A DNA stretch of 61,315 bases, counting the filler, from Hausera hauseri (taxonomy: Eukaryota), in assembly GCA_046269625.1 (NCBI GenBank). It is 10 parts of 10 records of this genome, joined end to end, with 100 filler letters (N's around TTAATTAATTAA, not from the genome) between each part and the next. Parts side by side here need not be neighbours in the genome. Positions count along the whole stretch, not along the records: positions 1 to 4,925 come from JBJURY010389924.1; positions 5,026 to 9,726 come from JBJURY010469467.1; positions 9,827 to 14,996 come from JBJURY010316829.1; 7 more parts are not named here. One strand, given 5' to 3'. Of this stretch, positions 1 through 12,399 are shown in pieces (position 1 is the first letter of the stretch; each line of letters opens with the position of its first letter). The notes below the pieces were generated by a model, which had not been told where the DNA came from, ran no database searches, and saw only the letters and a program-made list of their open reading frames with translations. The translations under genes were made by a program, and so were the position numbers.

Positions 1-885
1 TATTTCTATTACAAAGGACAAACTGGGATAACTGAGTTGTACCACAAAATGATAACGAATGACTGTAAATTGGATACAGAGATCATGAGGACAAAACTGG
101 CTCTTATATATGCCAACCCAGAACTGGCTTCTCCAATAATTCCTATGAGAGAAGGAATTTTCGGTAGAGTTACAGGCGAAGTATTACTAACTTATGAATG
201 TGAAAAGAGAGATGTATCCATCAATGTAGAAGAAAAACGTTGCATCCAGGAACTTCCGGTTATCTATCAAAACGTTCCCAGACTAGCTATACCACTGACG
301 AGAGTATTATTGGATAACGCAACCCAACCTACTACCCTTAAAGATTGTAAAGCAAGCTTGGGAGAACCCATGTTTAGGCGTAGTGAAACAGACTGGGTCA
401 GCCTACCAAATGGAGGTATTACTGCTACACTAAGTAAACTAACGGTAACAAATCTTGCGAAGGGAATTACGGACGATAAATTTCAGGACACCTCATCGAA
501 AGGCATATATAGACCTAAAGAGATCGAAGCATTTAGACAGTTTCTCACTTTTCCGCGACAGCGAATGCACGATTTAAACCGAGCCATGGCCTCGGTTGTA
601 AATGACACACGATATCAGGCTAAATGGGAATTTTTTCTTGACGCGAATCACTACCCGAGAGTGACTTCGGAAATAATGTACAAAATTTGGGGAAAATTTT
701 TAATTTTTGGACAAGCTGCATTGGGATTCTTAGCCATCTGCTTCTTAGTACAATTAATTAAAGCAGTAATCCAAGCTGTTATAAACGAATATAAAATATT
801 TACGTTGACAGGATTCTCTTGTAAGATTTTAACTGCAATTATCACACACTTCGGAAAAATGCTTAAAGCATACGAAGAAAATTGA
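1..885 (+). CDS. Class III viral fusion glycoprotein (chuvirus G / herpesvirus gB-like env), C-terminal half; 5' end lies outside the window
   Basis: Frame is open from base 1 (YFYYKGQTGITELYHKMITNDCKLDTEIMRTKLAL). Motifs GIFGRVTGEVLLTYEC, KRCIQELPVIYQN, PLTRVL, SKGIY..EIEAFRQFLTFP and a membrane region WGKFLIFGQAALGFLAICFLVQLIK match, from memory, chuvirus-like glycoproteins found in LTR retroelements. Confidence 0.8.
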   Translation, partial: YFYYKGQTGITELYHKMITNDCKLDTEIMRTKLALIYANPELASPIIPMREGIFGRVTGEVLLTYECEKRDVSINVEEKRCIQELPVIYQNVPRLAIPLTRVLLDNATQPTTLKDCKASLGEPMFRRSETDWVSLPNGGITATLSKLTVTNLAKGITDDKFQDTSSKGIYRPKEIEAFRQFLTFPRQRMHDLNRAMASVVNDTRYQAKWEFFLDANHYPRVTSEIMYKIWGKFLIFGQAALGFLAICFLVQLIKAVIQAVINEYKIFTLTGFSCKILTAIITHFGKMLKAYEEN

Positions 886-1240
886 TGGAAAAATGATGTA
901 GAACGTCATGTCGGATATTACAATCGCAAACGATGAGGAAAACCCTCGATTCTTCATAAACGCAAAAAGGAAATGAATATAATGCGGCATGACTACCCAG
1001 ATGATGACGAGCCTAAGGGAGGCGAAGGAAATTCCAGAATAATGTTACACAGAACATATGTACCAATACCCATCATGCCACCAACCGAGCCGATTTACAA
1101 GGATTACGACTAGAATTCAGTCATATCTTACAGATCCGATATCTATCGAAAACCCATGGACTATGAAGACCCTTATGGAAAAACAAAACAATATGGGGTA
1201 TTACGGAAAATGAACGTTATCAACAAAGGACCTACGGAAA

Positions 1241-4200
1241 ATGTCCACGGAATATTATACTCGAAAAGGATACCCCGTCACAGAAGTGAAATCAGCGATC
1301 TGGAAGAACCCGAGGTTATGCTCAATCTCAGGCCCCCTACTTCAAAAACCACTTATTGAAGACCGCGTCACGGAAATAACAAATAACTATTTGTACCCGA
1401 ATGGAGAATTAAGACAATTAAGGCAGGATATCATTTTATCACCAGAAATAACGATAAACGGACACAGAGTCTCCACTGTAAAACGGTCCAAGATAGTGTC
1501 GAATTGTTATAGAACAGTAGCAGAAGGGAGACCTTTTGCTAAAATACACATCGAAGATTGGGAAGTGTATACGCTAATCGATACAGGATCAGAAAAATGG
1601 TTTATAAAATATGAATCGATACCAACCACATTGCGAGATCAGCTATGTCCACCCGCATGCCCAGACCCAGGCAGCGTAGGAGCATTTGGACAGGTATCGA
1701 AGCCGAAATTTAAGTAGACTCCTACCGTTTATATGATGGACCAAGCACTTCTACACGAATTTGCGGTAATGGACCAATTAACAGATGACGTAGTACTGGG
1801 TTGTGACGTATTAAAACAGATACCAGGTACGGCAATCGATGTGCATAATGGAAAATTAATTGAGCTCGAACCAGTAAAAAGAACCAAAGTATTAAAGGAA
1901 AGGAAATTAGGTGAAGTATGGATTCCAGTGGATGAGGACATTCCGCCTAGAACTGAAATAATAATTTTCGCGCAGATTTGTCAAGATGAAGATCTACTAG
2001 TATATTTCGAGCCTCAAGAGAATATTGATCCATACCTTATGTTTAGTAACATTTTATGTAGAGTAATGACGGGACGAATACCTATCAGATTAGTAAACAA
2101 CGCACCGATTCCAGTAAGATTGCACGCTAATACTACTTTGGGTCACACTTGCAGAATATCGGCAGTGACAATAGAGGAGAAACCATACAAGTGTGCCGAA
2201 TTTCCACCTCATGTTGAAACCAAATTCTCTCCCGAAGCGTATTGCAATTTCTACAAATTATTGTGTAAATTCCGCTCGATAATAGCGAAAAACGAAGAAG
2301 ACATAGGTAGAGCAAAGGCTCTAAGGTTAACCATTCCATTGAGGAATAAAACTGGCTCAAATGACGAAATCGATCTAGAGGAACAGAAAATGCCCAAATG
2401 GTAGCGGCCTCCTGACTCATTGAGACCAGAAATAACTAAAGAAGTAGAGCGGATGTTGAAGGCCGACATAATTCGACCACGTTATCGATCATAGTACTCA
2501 CCCATACTGATGGTTAAAAAGAAAAGAACCATAAAACATCGGTTTTGTATAGATTATTGCGCCTTAAGCACGCTGATGATAAAAGACTGGTTTCCAATAC
2601 CATCAGTAAAGGAGGCATTAGATAGGCTATCAGGAGTGAAATGGTTCACCACTCTCGACTTACAATCGGGATACTGGCAAGTGGAAATCGAAGAAGAGGA
2701 TCGTTATAAGGCAGCATTTAAAACACACGATGGCGTATACGAATTTAATGTTATGCTTTTCGGCATTATCACAGGACCAGCCATTTTTACTAAAATGCTG
2801 AATAAGATGCTCATGGAACTTGATCATGCATTTGCGTACTTAGACGACGTGATAATAACATCAAAAACAGAAGAAAAACACTTAAAGGATATTGAGGATA
2901 CACTCATGAGACTGGAACAAGCAGGGTTGAAGTTAAACCCAAAGAAATGTAAATGGGCACAGAACGCCGTATCGTAACTTGGACACATAGTTGGAGAAGG
3001 AGGATTAAAACCGGACAAATCTCTGCTAAATAAAATATCCGATTGTATGGGACCACAGAATCAAAAAGAGTTAAGACATTGGTTAGGCCTATGTGGATAT
3101 TACGCCACTTACGTACCAGACAATTCCAAAATTAACGCGCCACTATATCGCTTACTCAAAAAAGGAACTAAATGGAGATGGACAGAAGTGGAACAAAAAG
3201 CATTCGATGAAATGAAGAAAATCTTGACAAGTGAACCAGTCTTAAGATACACAGATTTTAACCTACCATTCATCATTAAAACGGATGCGAGCAAAGAAGG
3301 TATAGGGTACAAATTAGCTCAAAAATGCGAAGACGAAGAATTAGAACATATAATAGCTTATGGTGGACGCTCATTAAAGAAAGCGGAAAAAAATTATTTG
3401 GTTACCGAATTGGAAACATTGGCAGTTAAGGAAGCACTACGACACTTTAATGTCTATGTCTATGGACAAAGGATTATCATAGTGACTGACCACAAAGCAG
3501 TTACAATATTAAAAGGAGGAGATAATAACCCAACATGTAGACTAAACCTCTGGATTGAGGAAATTTTGCGATATAACATTGAATTTTACTACAAACCGGG
3601 TAACAAACACGTCGACGCCGACGCACTGTCAAGATTAAAAACAAAAACGAGTGCAATCACCACATTAAAGAGACCACAACTTGAACAGCTGATTGAACGA
3701 CAAAGAACGCTGATATCGGATAAGACAATTAGAATTTTAGCTGAGCAAGCTAAAGATACGGTTATTCAGCAAATTATCGAGTTCGTACGAAACGACAAAA
3801 TACCAAAAGGACGACAACTGTAAAAACATCTACAGAAACATAAACATAAATACCATGCATCGAATCGAGATAATATTTTGTATTACGAGCGAAAAGGAAG
3901 AAGACTAACAGTTATTCCAAAAGAATTGCGCATAGAAGTACTTATGGCCAAGCACGATTCGTATTTAGCCGGACATATGTCTTGGAAAAAGACATTGGAA
4001 AGGATATTAAATAAATACTACTGACCAAGATTTACATTGATGTAAAGAATTGGGTAGGAGCGTGCGAAGTTTGCTCAACAAAACAAAAAAAACGAAAAGC
4101 TACGTAGCGGAATTAAAACCCATAAACGTACCAGATAGGTCCATGCAAGCTATGTCTATGGATATAGTAGGGCCTCTATCTAAAACGCACAAAAACAACG

Positions 4201-4925
4201 GATACATTCTAACATGCGTGGACCGACTAACGCACTTCGTAGAACTGGTGGCTCTATTAAATCAAAAAGCAGAAACTATAGCCGACGCAGTAGTAAGAAA
4301 AATCATCTGCAAATATGGGCCACCAGAACAGATTTTACCGGATAGAGGAAGGAACTTCACAAGCGAATTATTCGAAAAAATTACCAAGATATTTGAAATT
4401 GAACGCTTAACTACTACCGCATACCACCCACAATGTAATGGAATGGTTGAGCGGATGAACGCAACAGTTATACGGATACTATCAACAGTAGTGGCAAAAG
4501 ATCAAAAGGATTGGGATGAATTCCTAGAAGGGGCACAATTCGCGATTAATACGACTCCACATCCAGCAACAGGGTTCACATTGTTCTTTATGATGTATGG
4601 ACGAAAGGCAATCTTACCTACCAATCTAGGCATGACGCCGTATGAAAAGAACCTCGAGGATCTAGAACAATACTTTGCCGAAGTTTTACAAACAACATTA
4701 CAGAAATGTTGGGCAGTCGCGAAAATATTATCACTGGAATACCAAGAACAATTTAAAAAATAATATGATAAAAAGATTAAACCTCATGATCTGGGAAAGG
4801 GAAATTGGGTTTATATACATTACCCAGTCGCGAAGAAAGGTATATCCTTGAAATTAACACGTCCCGGAAGAGGACCATATGCAATCATCCGGACAACACC
4901 AAATACGGTTTATGTCAATAAAAAT
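1241..4925 (+). mobile_element. Decayed Ty3/gypsy pol: protease - RT - RNase H - integrase (GPY/F)
   Basis: LIDTGS (PR); RFCIDY, LDLQSGYWQV, YLDD (RT); TDAS, ELETLAV, TDHK, DADALSR (RH); HDSYLAGH..CEVC, MDIVGPL, TTAYHPQCNGMVER, GPY (IN). Several stops and frameshifts; cut by the linker. Confidence 0.95.
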
Positions 4926-5025
4926 NNNNNNNNNNNNNNNNNNNNNNNNNNNNNNNNNNNNNNNNNNNNTTAATTAATTAANNNNNNNNNNNNNNNNNNN
5001 NNNNNNNNNNNNNNNNNNNNNNNNN
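4926..5025. other. Artificial contig linker N44-TTAATTAATTAA-N44
   Basis: Identical 100-bp spacer with stops in all six frames; nine copies in the window. Confidence 0.98.
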
Positions 5026-5099
5026 TTCTTTAAGTTAAAATTTAAAGGTTGAAGAAAACGAATCTTTATCGGATTTTGAAGAAGTTCTCGAACAGGATG

Positions 5100-5240
5100 A
5101 TTATTTGTTCTTCATGGACCATTGAGCCGGCAGAAAGTAGTTTCATCACTGCCAGTATGGATTATACTCTTAACATCTGGGACTTTACTGGAATGAGTTC
5201 GAATCCAACTTCGTTTAAAACGGTAACTCCGTGTGAACAC
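5100..5240 (+). pseudogene. WDR70: WDR70-like WD40 gene fragment
   Basis: IEPAESSFITASMDYTLNIWDFTGMSSNPTSFKTVTPCEH resembles WDR70 DPSG.R..TG..DY..KFWDF.GM....FR...PCE. Isolated piece only. Confidence 0.65.
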
Positions 5241-5494
5241 AAGAATGAAAACATGTCGAGTTTAGTGCCCATGGCGAACATTCATTTGTCGTTAGCAATG
5301 ATAGTCGGGCTTTTATAATAGATCGCGGGAGTGAACGTTTTGGAAGCAATTCGTGGTAATCCGTGCATTTAATGTTGTATTTTCGATATAACAAATCGAT
5401 TTTCGATTTCAGGTTCTGTCATGAACGAGATCATTTTTACTGCTCGATCCGATGAAGCTGAATGTATTCCACGAGAAACCGTACCGCAAACGTT

Positions 5495-5600
5495 GCGATG
5501 TTTGACGAAATTGTCGGTTCATGGTGGTCCAATTACTGATTTACAAGCTAACCGAAAAAATACCATGCTTACGACATCATCGAAAGATCACACTGCTAAA
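5495..5600 (+). pseudogene. EIF3I: eIF3 subunit I (WD40) exon fragment followed by a GT donor
   Basis: VHGGPITDLQANRKNTMLTTSSKDHTAK then GTAATT at 5601; resembles eIF3i H..QINDIQ...D.TMFVTASKDNTAK. Confidence 0.6.
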
Positions 5601-5629
5601 GTAATTGTGGTTTCTTTCTTTAAAATGCA

Positions 5630-6245
5630 CTATAGATCGACATGCTTATTTTTGTCTCCATCTCCCGTGGTTTTCGACTGTTTCTCTGATTCTGGAAATT
5701 TGTCATTGGATTTGAATTCATATTGAGATTTATCGTCTGATTTCTTATTCTGACTGATCAGTTCGTTTAGTTTTATTATCAATATTTTTATCAGAGTCAG
5801 TTGGTGGTGGTGACTGTGCTCTCCAAATATTAATTTTATTGATCAAATAGTTTATTTCCCGTTATAATGCCCGAATGTATGGTTCGAAATCTATTGTCAT
5901 AACAGTAGGATTTTCGTTTTGTTTCATTTTCCCCAATGCCCTATTCGTATTCTGGAACCATTTTGTGGTGTCAGCAATTAATTTGCCCAATGACTCATAT
6001 TCTGCCTTAGTGACAATTTTGTCTGTCCAATCACCGGACATCTTTTTGAGAGTATCGTAGAAAATATTGGATGTGTTTAGCACCATGTTCAGTTTACCTA
6101 TAACATCCTGTCTGTATTTGTGTTCTCTCACTCGAAATTCGATATCCATCATCAATTTCTTGAGATCACCGAATTTCGTCACGAACTCATCCTTTCCTGT
6201 TCCAAAATCCTGTTCTTCATACCAATTCTATGCCTCGTTAGCAGC
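5630..6245 (-). pseudogene. HYOU1: C-terminal fragment of HYOU1/GRP170 (ER Hsp70-family chaperone)
   Basis: WYEEQ..KFGDLKKL..IEFRVREH..LNMVLNTS..AEYESLGKLIADTTKW..ENPTV..IRAL*REINYLINK matches the GRP170 C-terminal helices. After a frameshift it ends KNKHVDL* (KDEL-type signal; stop at 5630-5632). Confidence 0.75.
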
Positions 6246-7040
6246 TTCTAGACTGTTGATTTTCGATTGCAACTCAGTACACTTGTTATTCATTTGTTCT
6301 TCGACAATAGATTTCTCCGTTGACAGATTTTAAATTTCCTGTTGAAAAAGCCCGAATTCTATACGTAATTCATCCCCACGATTTTGCGTTTAGTTTTGTT
6401 CCAATAAGGAAAAATTTCTGAGTTCCTTGAGCTCTGATCTTTTCTTTTCGAATTCATTTTTGATATGGGAGATTTCGGATTTTCTATCGGTCAGTTGTTT
6501 GTTTAAATCGTCATTTTGTTCTACTAGACCCCAGAGATCCCTTTTCTTTTCTTGTATCATATCAATCAAATTATTTATAATGGACCGAAGAGAATGGTTT
6601 TCGTTGATTTTCTCTTCGACGTATTTCGCCTTTACTGCGTCTAACTCTTGAATTTAATTTTTCAGCGAAGCATTTTCATTTGTTAAACGATGGAGTTTTT
6701 TCTCTAACGTTGTCATGTTACTGCCAATATTATGGAAATTGGGAAGCTCTTTTTGCTGAACCTCGATCATTTCGGTTCGTCTATTTAACTCTGATTGCAA
6801 TTGTGGCTTTTCTGTTTCGACTTCGTCCAGTCTCTTGTTTAATTCATCTATCTGATGGATTACACTATTTTTAAACTCTTCGCAATTGATCTGCAACTAC
6901 ATTCCTCGTTTGTTTGGTAGATTTGTGTTCAATGCATTGATTTGATTGCTAAGATACACCTTTTCCGCTTCAGTCTTTTTCAATTTGATATTTGATAGAT
7001 TGTACGGCGAGTTTTTTTAATTGGCCATGGTAGAAGGCAT
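6246..7040 (-). pseudogene. Decayed coiled-coil protein coding segment, in frame with the HYOU1 fragment
   Basis: A single heptad-rich E/K/Q/L frame from ATG ~7040 with several in-frame stops; family not recognised. Confidence 0.5.
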
Positions 7041-7327
7041 TTTGCGTTCTCTGAAATACATGGTAAACACATTTTTATCAGTGTTTTTAGAAATGGTGTT
7101 TGCCTGGTTTCATGCAGCGCACTCGTTGCCTATTAAAAACGGCACGGGCGAGTGTCGATATTGACACTGTGGGTTTAATCCCCACCTGTTTTGGTGCGGC
7201 GTTTACACTACGTATAACCAGGCTTTCGCTGTTTGGTTAAGGTAGGATTTCAGTAAAATCGGGTATCTTAGATGCACTCCTGGTTAGACTTGATACCGCT
7301 GCGGCAGGGGTTTGGTTGCGTATTATT

Positions 7328-9726
7328 TTACGTTCCGTTTCCGGAAGTACGGGCGTTTAAGGTAATGTGTGTTTCAGTATGGACAGGGATCGGGTCATAT
7401 ACTACGGGAGTGTCCATATTGAATGGATCAATTCTGTCGTAATTTTCGCGAAGCTTGTCTACTTCTAACATGCTTGTTACGTATTGGTGGGTAGGATCTT
7501 CCGTATCGGAATCATGATAGCCGAATGCGGGTTTTACATTTGACAAGTGGATTATGTGTTCATCGTTTCCGCGCAATATTTTGGCGTTTCGCTCAGTGAT
7601 GTCTATGAGCTTGCAGGGGTCCGTGTAGTATGGTTCAAAACCGTGTCTTTGTTGGCTTTTGAGTCAGACAAAGGACGCATCTTGTAGATTCTTGAGCATG
7701 ATTGGTTTTGTGTGATTGTTGTGAATGCAGGGTTTGTGTCTATTGACAGAAAATGCTGCCTAGATTGGTTGAGAGAAGGAATGGAAGTTACTTCCTCATT
7801 GCTCACCAGATCTTGTGGGAACGTGAGGTGGGCACCAAATAGTAGTTGTGCCGGAGAGGCATCAGTGCTAGTGTTGGGAGTGTTTCTCCAACCTAATAGC
7901 ACAATGGGTAATGCATACAACTAGTTCTTGTCATCGTGACATAGGATTTGTATGGATGATTTGAGTGTACGATGAAATCGTTCAATCAAGCCATTCGCCT
8001 GTGGATGATAAGGCGGTGTATGTATGTGCTTTGACCCAAGCGATTTGATTAATTGGTTAAACATGGCTGATTCGAATTGTGTCCTTTAATCTGTTATAAT
8101 CTTTTAGGTACTCCAACCCGAGAAATCCATGTATTTAGCAGTACAGCCACAACGCTTTGCGTTGTTATTTGGCGGATTGGAATGGCTTCGGGCCATCTTG
8201 TTTTTCGGTCGAGAATGGTTAGGATGTACTGATATTCGTTACATTTGGGAAGTGGTCCTACTATATCCATGTGGATGGTTTCAAACCGTGAGACAGTAGG
8301 ATAGTGTAGGATTGGAGGTTGTATGGTCTTGTTGACTTTGTACTGTTGGCAAAATGAACATTCTTTTGTCCACCGCATTATGTCGCTTAGCATGCGAGGC
8401 CAACAAACTCTACTGCTTAAAAGACGTGCTGTGGCTTTTGATCCAGGGTGATGGATGTTGTGTATGGTGTCAAACGTCTGTTTCCGTAGGTATGCTGCCA
8501 GAATTGGGCGTGGACAACCATTGAGGATGGTATTGTAGTGTATTCCATCCTTTATGTCGACTGTTTTGAAAAATGTAACATCGTCTTTATGTGGAGGGTT
8601 CGATCGGAGAACCTCCTCCGTGAAAATTGAGTCGAAGGATATCGTCGATATCCCAGTTCTGGAAAAGAAGTCAGCAACTGTGTTATCTTTACCATTTATG
8701 TGTTCTATGTGGAATGAGAATTCCGACAGAAATGAAATGTGTCGCTCTTGACGAGGCGATGGGTTTTTTATACTCATCATGTGAATGAGTGGTTTGTGAT
8801 TCGTGCGGATTGCGAACACATTTCCTTCGAGGAAATGTCAGAAGTGTTTGACACTAAGAATTATGGCTAGTAACTCTCGGTCGAAAGTTGAATAGCGTTG
8901 CTCAGCCGAATTGAATTTGTGGGAAAAAAATTCAATTGGAGCATTTTTGTCATCGATTGACTTGGAAAGTATGGCGCCTGCAGCGATTATGGATGCACAT
9001 GTTGTTAAGATGAACGGTGCATCTCGTTTACGATAGTGCAGTTTAGGTATGTGAAGAAACGCCATTTTTGCATTGGCAAATACCTGTTCAGCCTCATCCG
9101 TCCAGTTTACCTGGAATTTCTTGATTCCTTGGCATAGAGCAGGTAGAGGTGACAGGATTTCCGAGCAATGCGGAATGTAGCGATGGCAGAAATTGATCGT
9201 GCCTAGGAAGCTGCGAAGTCAAGTCACTGTGAATGGCTTCGGTATTTGTTTGATGGATTCTAGTCGCTCAGGAAGTGGACTATGACCATGTGGTGTTAAC
9301 CGAAATCCGAGAAATACGGCTTCAGTTTTAAATAATGAACATTTGTTTATGTTCAACTCTAGGTTGTTTTCATTCAACCTATGAAACACATGTTCGAGAT
9401 GTGTTTCGTGAGTCGCTTCATCGGGTGATGCAATCAATATGTCATCTATATATAGAATTGCATAAGGCATGTCGATGAGGACTTGGTCTATGTGGCGTTG
9501 GAATGTTTGACTTGCATTTCGTAAGTCGAATGGCATACGTAGATACTCGAACAAACCAAAAAGAGTTATTACGGCCGTTTTTGGAATGTCTTCGGTAGCC
9601 ACTAAGATCTGGTGGTATGCCCTTTCCAGATCAATTGTTCTGAATATTGCTGCACCATGTAGGCGATGCAATATGTCTGTTACCAACGGTGTTGGGTATG
9701 AATCGTGGATGGTGACGTTATTCAAC
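7328..9726 (-). mobile_element. Decayed CsRn1-like Ty3/gypsy pol (RT-RH-IN), 5' truncated by linker
   Basis: [70 protein letters not shown]. Confidence 0.93.
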
Positions 9727-9826
9727 NNNNNNNNNNNNNNNNNNNNNNNNNNNNNNNNNNNNNNNNNNNNTTAATTAATTAANNNNNNNNNNNNNNNNNN
9801 NNNNNNNNNNNNNNNNNNNNNNNNNN
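9727..9826. other. Artificial contig linker
   Basis: N44-TTAATTAATTAA-N44. Confidence 0.98.
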
Positions 9827-10045
9827 ATTCTAACCAAGGATATATATTCATATATCAAGGTGTATCATGGAAAATTAAATATTTAAATTTTTATTTTTCT
9901 TGGCACTACGTCTATAGTTCAATGAATATATTTATGGTTTTCTCTGTATTACTCAAAAGCAGCTGTTTAAATATCATTCCACTGACAATGGCTAATGAAC
10001 TGTATCAATTCCATATTTCAGAAAAAGCAAAGAAAACAAGTCATA

Positions 10046-10550
10046 TTAAAGAAAAAATGTATTAAAATAGAAAAATTGCTTCAATCTATAACCGAATGTC
10101 GGCAGGAATTCCGATTTCAAAACATACGGCCAACTTTCTCCTTCTTTGACCATCATTAAAATAGAGAAAACCAGATTTATCGCTAAAATCTGACGTGATT
10201 TACCTTTATGATCGGGAATCTTTTCCACATGTTTGTCAATTCGCAAATGACGACAGTGGATACCATGCTTTTGTCCGTAGTCGTAAGTAGTATTCTGAAT
10301 TAAATCAAACTTTAGCTAACTATAGAAATTAAATGTCGATACTCAAAATGAACAGAAACTGTCATTTATCAATTAATGAAATTTAAAAGACTAATAAGAT
10401 GTTTACCTTGATAATGTGCTCATCAATGAGTCCACCGATAACAAACACAGCTCTCATCCACATTCTCCAATTGCTCGGTGCATTAGGGGATAAAATAATA
10501 ATGTGTTCTTTATTGAATGTATCAGTAGCAGACTCTTTCGTTCTGATAAT
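10046..10550 (-). pseudogene. TRMT10B: tRNA m1R9 methyltransferase TRMT10B-like, last two exons (10550-10407 and 10294-10046)
   Basis: IILSP..VFVIGGLIDEHIIK|GT..AG|NTTYDYGQKHGIHCRHLRIDKHVEK..QILAINLVFSIL....SWPYVL matches TRM10 SPOUT motifs. Canonical splice sites; apparent compensating frameshifts. Confidence 0.75.
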
Positions 10551-12399
10551 CTAATTAAAACTAAAATAAAACCGAACCGCGAAATTCACAACCAACTTTG
10601 TAGTACAGAAAACCGCGAAAAATAAGTACACGGAATGAAATTAACACACACACAGTTTCAAAAAAATTAAAACAAATCCTACTACAACGACAAAAATTAT
10701 GTCATGCACACACGCAATTTGACATACACACAAACATAAATTGAATTGAAATTCCAAACTTAATACCGTCTAAATAATGAGAAAAAAGTATTCATTTTAT
10801 ATTAAAAAATTATCACAAACAACAAACTCAACGATAATGTGAATTTGAAAGGAACAGCCGAATGCTTCATATCGACATTCATTCAAGTAGCAACACACAA
10901 ACATGGTAATCGAATGTGACTGTTGAACATGAATGACAAATTAGATATCGAACGGAACATTTTCTCTGCTATGCCAAATAAAATTAAAACTATCAAACAT
11001 TATTGAGATACGTCCTTTCAAAAGTAACTATGATAAATAAAAAAACGGACAAACAACAAAATACTCAATTTTTCTACGAAAATCATTACACTAGACTTTA
11101 CAGATAATAAATAGCAAAAATATCAAAGAAATCACTTACATTGTTTTTACATCGAGAATTTCACAATCGTTGTCATCGCCATTCTTTGTAAGTGAAATTA
11201 AAAATTTTTATCGTAATCTACAGAATGATAAACCGCTAACCATTTATCGTACTATGACTTATATCCAACTGAATAAAAGTGCAACTAGTCACTAAGCATA
11301 AAAATTATTTCTGACCGTGTTAACAGAAACAAATTTTTTATCTATATAGATTTATCAATAAAATTTCACAAGTGAAATAAAATTAAAGAATATAATAATG
11401 TGCCTAAATGTGTGTATATTGATGAATTTGTATTTTTAAGAATTCATCTATATAGATTTCAATACTTTAAACCGGTGTCTGTATTGAATAATTATTTTGC
11501 TTTCGCTTTATATTTGTATTGTATACTAATTGCATTAATCATATTTGGTACGTCATTGTAACAAACCAATCGCATCATTTTAGTATTTACTCATCGCAGA
11601 ATTTCTTAAATAATTATTTCAGTTTTAAAACGTTATAAGCTTACCAAAAATCAAATTATTCATGGCTGTAAAATGTGGCGATTTATTGGAAAGTATTAAT
11701 ATGATATCCAGTTAAATACTTTACAGTACATTTCTTTAAAATAAATTTTGCTTGTTTTAGAAAAAGTGGGGTAAATGTATCAAGCTACGATGATTTATTT
11801 TAATGAATTCCGTCATTATGACCTTTTGTCACATTTATTTTCTGCATTTGATGGAAAAATCCGAACTTGATTAGTTGTAATTAACCAATATTTTCTTTTG
11901 TACAGATGGTTTCGTACTTTTGTTATTGGATTACAAATTTTCATAAGTGAAAATTCAGTAAACTTTGAAATACATGAATAAAGGTAAGTAATTGTACGAG
12001 AATAAATAAATGAGGAAATTGAAAGAAGGGTTAGGACTTATGCAGTTTTGTACATGTTAAGTGAAATTAACAAACAATTAATAGAAAATCATTTATTACT
12101 TTTAAGGGTGACTAGTTCAATTTCCTTAGACTATTATTTAACCATACTGCTGAAAAGCAATGTATTATGAATTCTACACAAAGTAAAGTTTCCTGTCAAT
12201 TCACTTCCATTGATGAAAATTTGCGTGCAGAACGTCTATTATAATTAAATTAATTTGGTAACTGATTTTTGGAGAAAATTGAGGGTTCGAATCGGGAAAA
12301 ATTGATGGTGCCGTTTTATCGCTAAGTTGGATTTTTATTCGGTGTTTCCCATTTATCATTTCTTGAATTCAATGCGTAAATTTTTGTTTAGAAAAATCT

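Noticed and set aside
2490-4030. Alternative genetic code (TGA=Trp), suggested by stops at conserved Trp positions such as 4022 and 39242
   Set aside because: TAG and TAA stops and frameshifts are equally common; this is ordinary pseudogene decay.
4970-4981. Recurrent TTAATTAATTAA as a biological repeat or CRISPR-like array
   Set aside because: Always centred in exactly 44+44 Ns; it is a synthetic six-frame stop linker.
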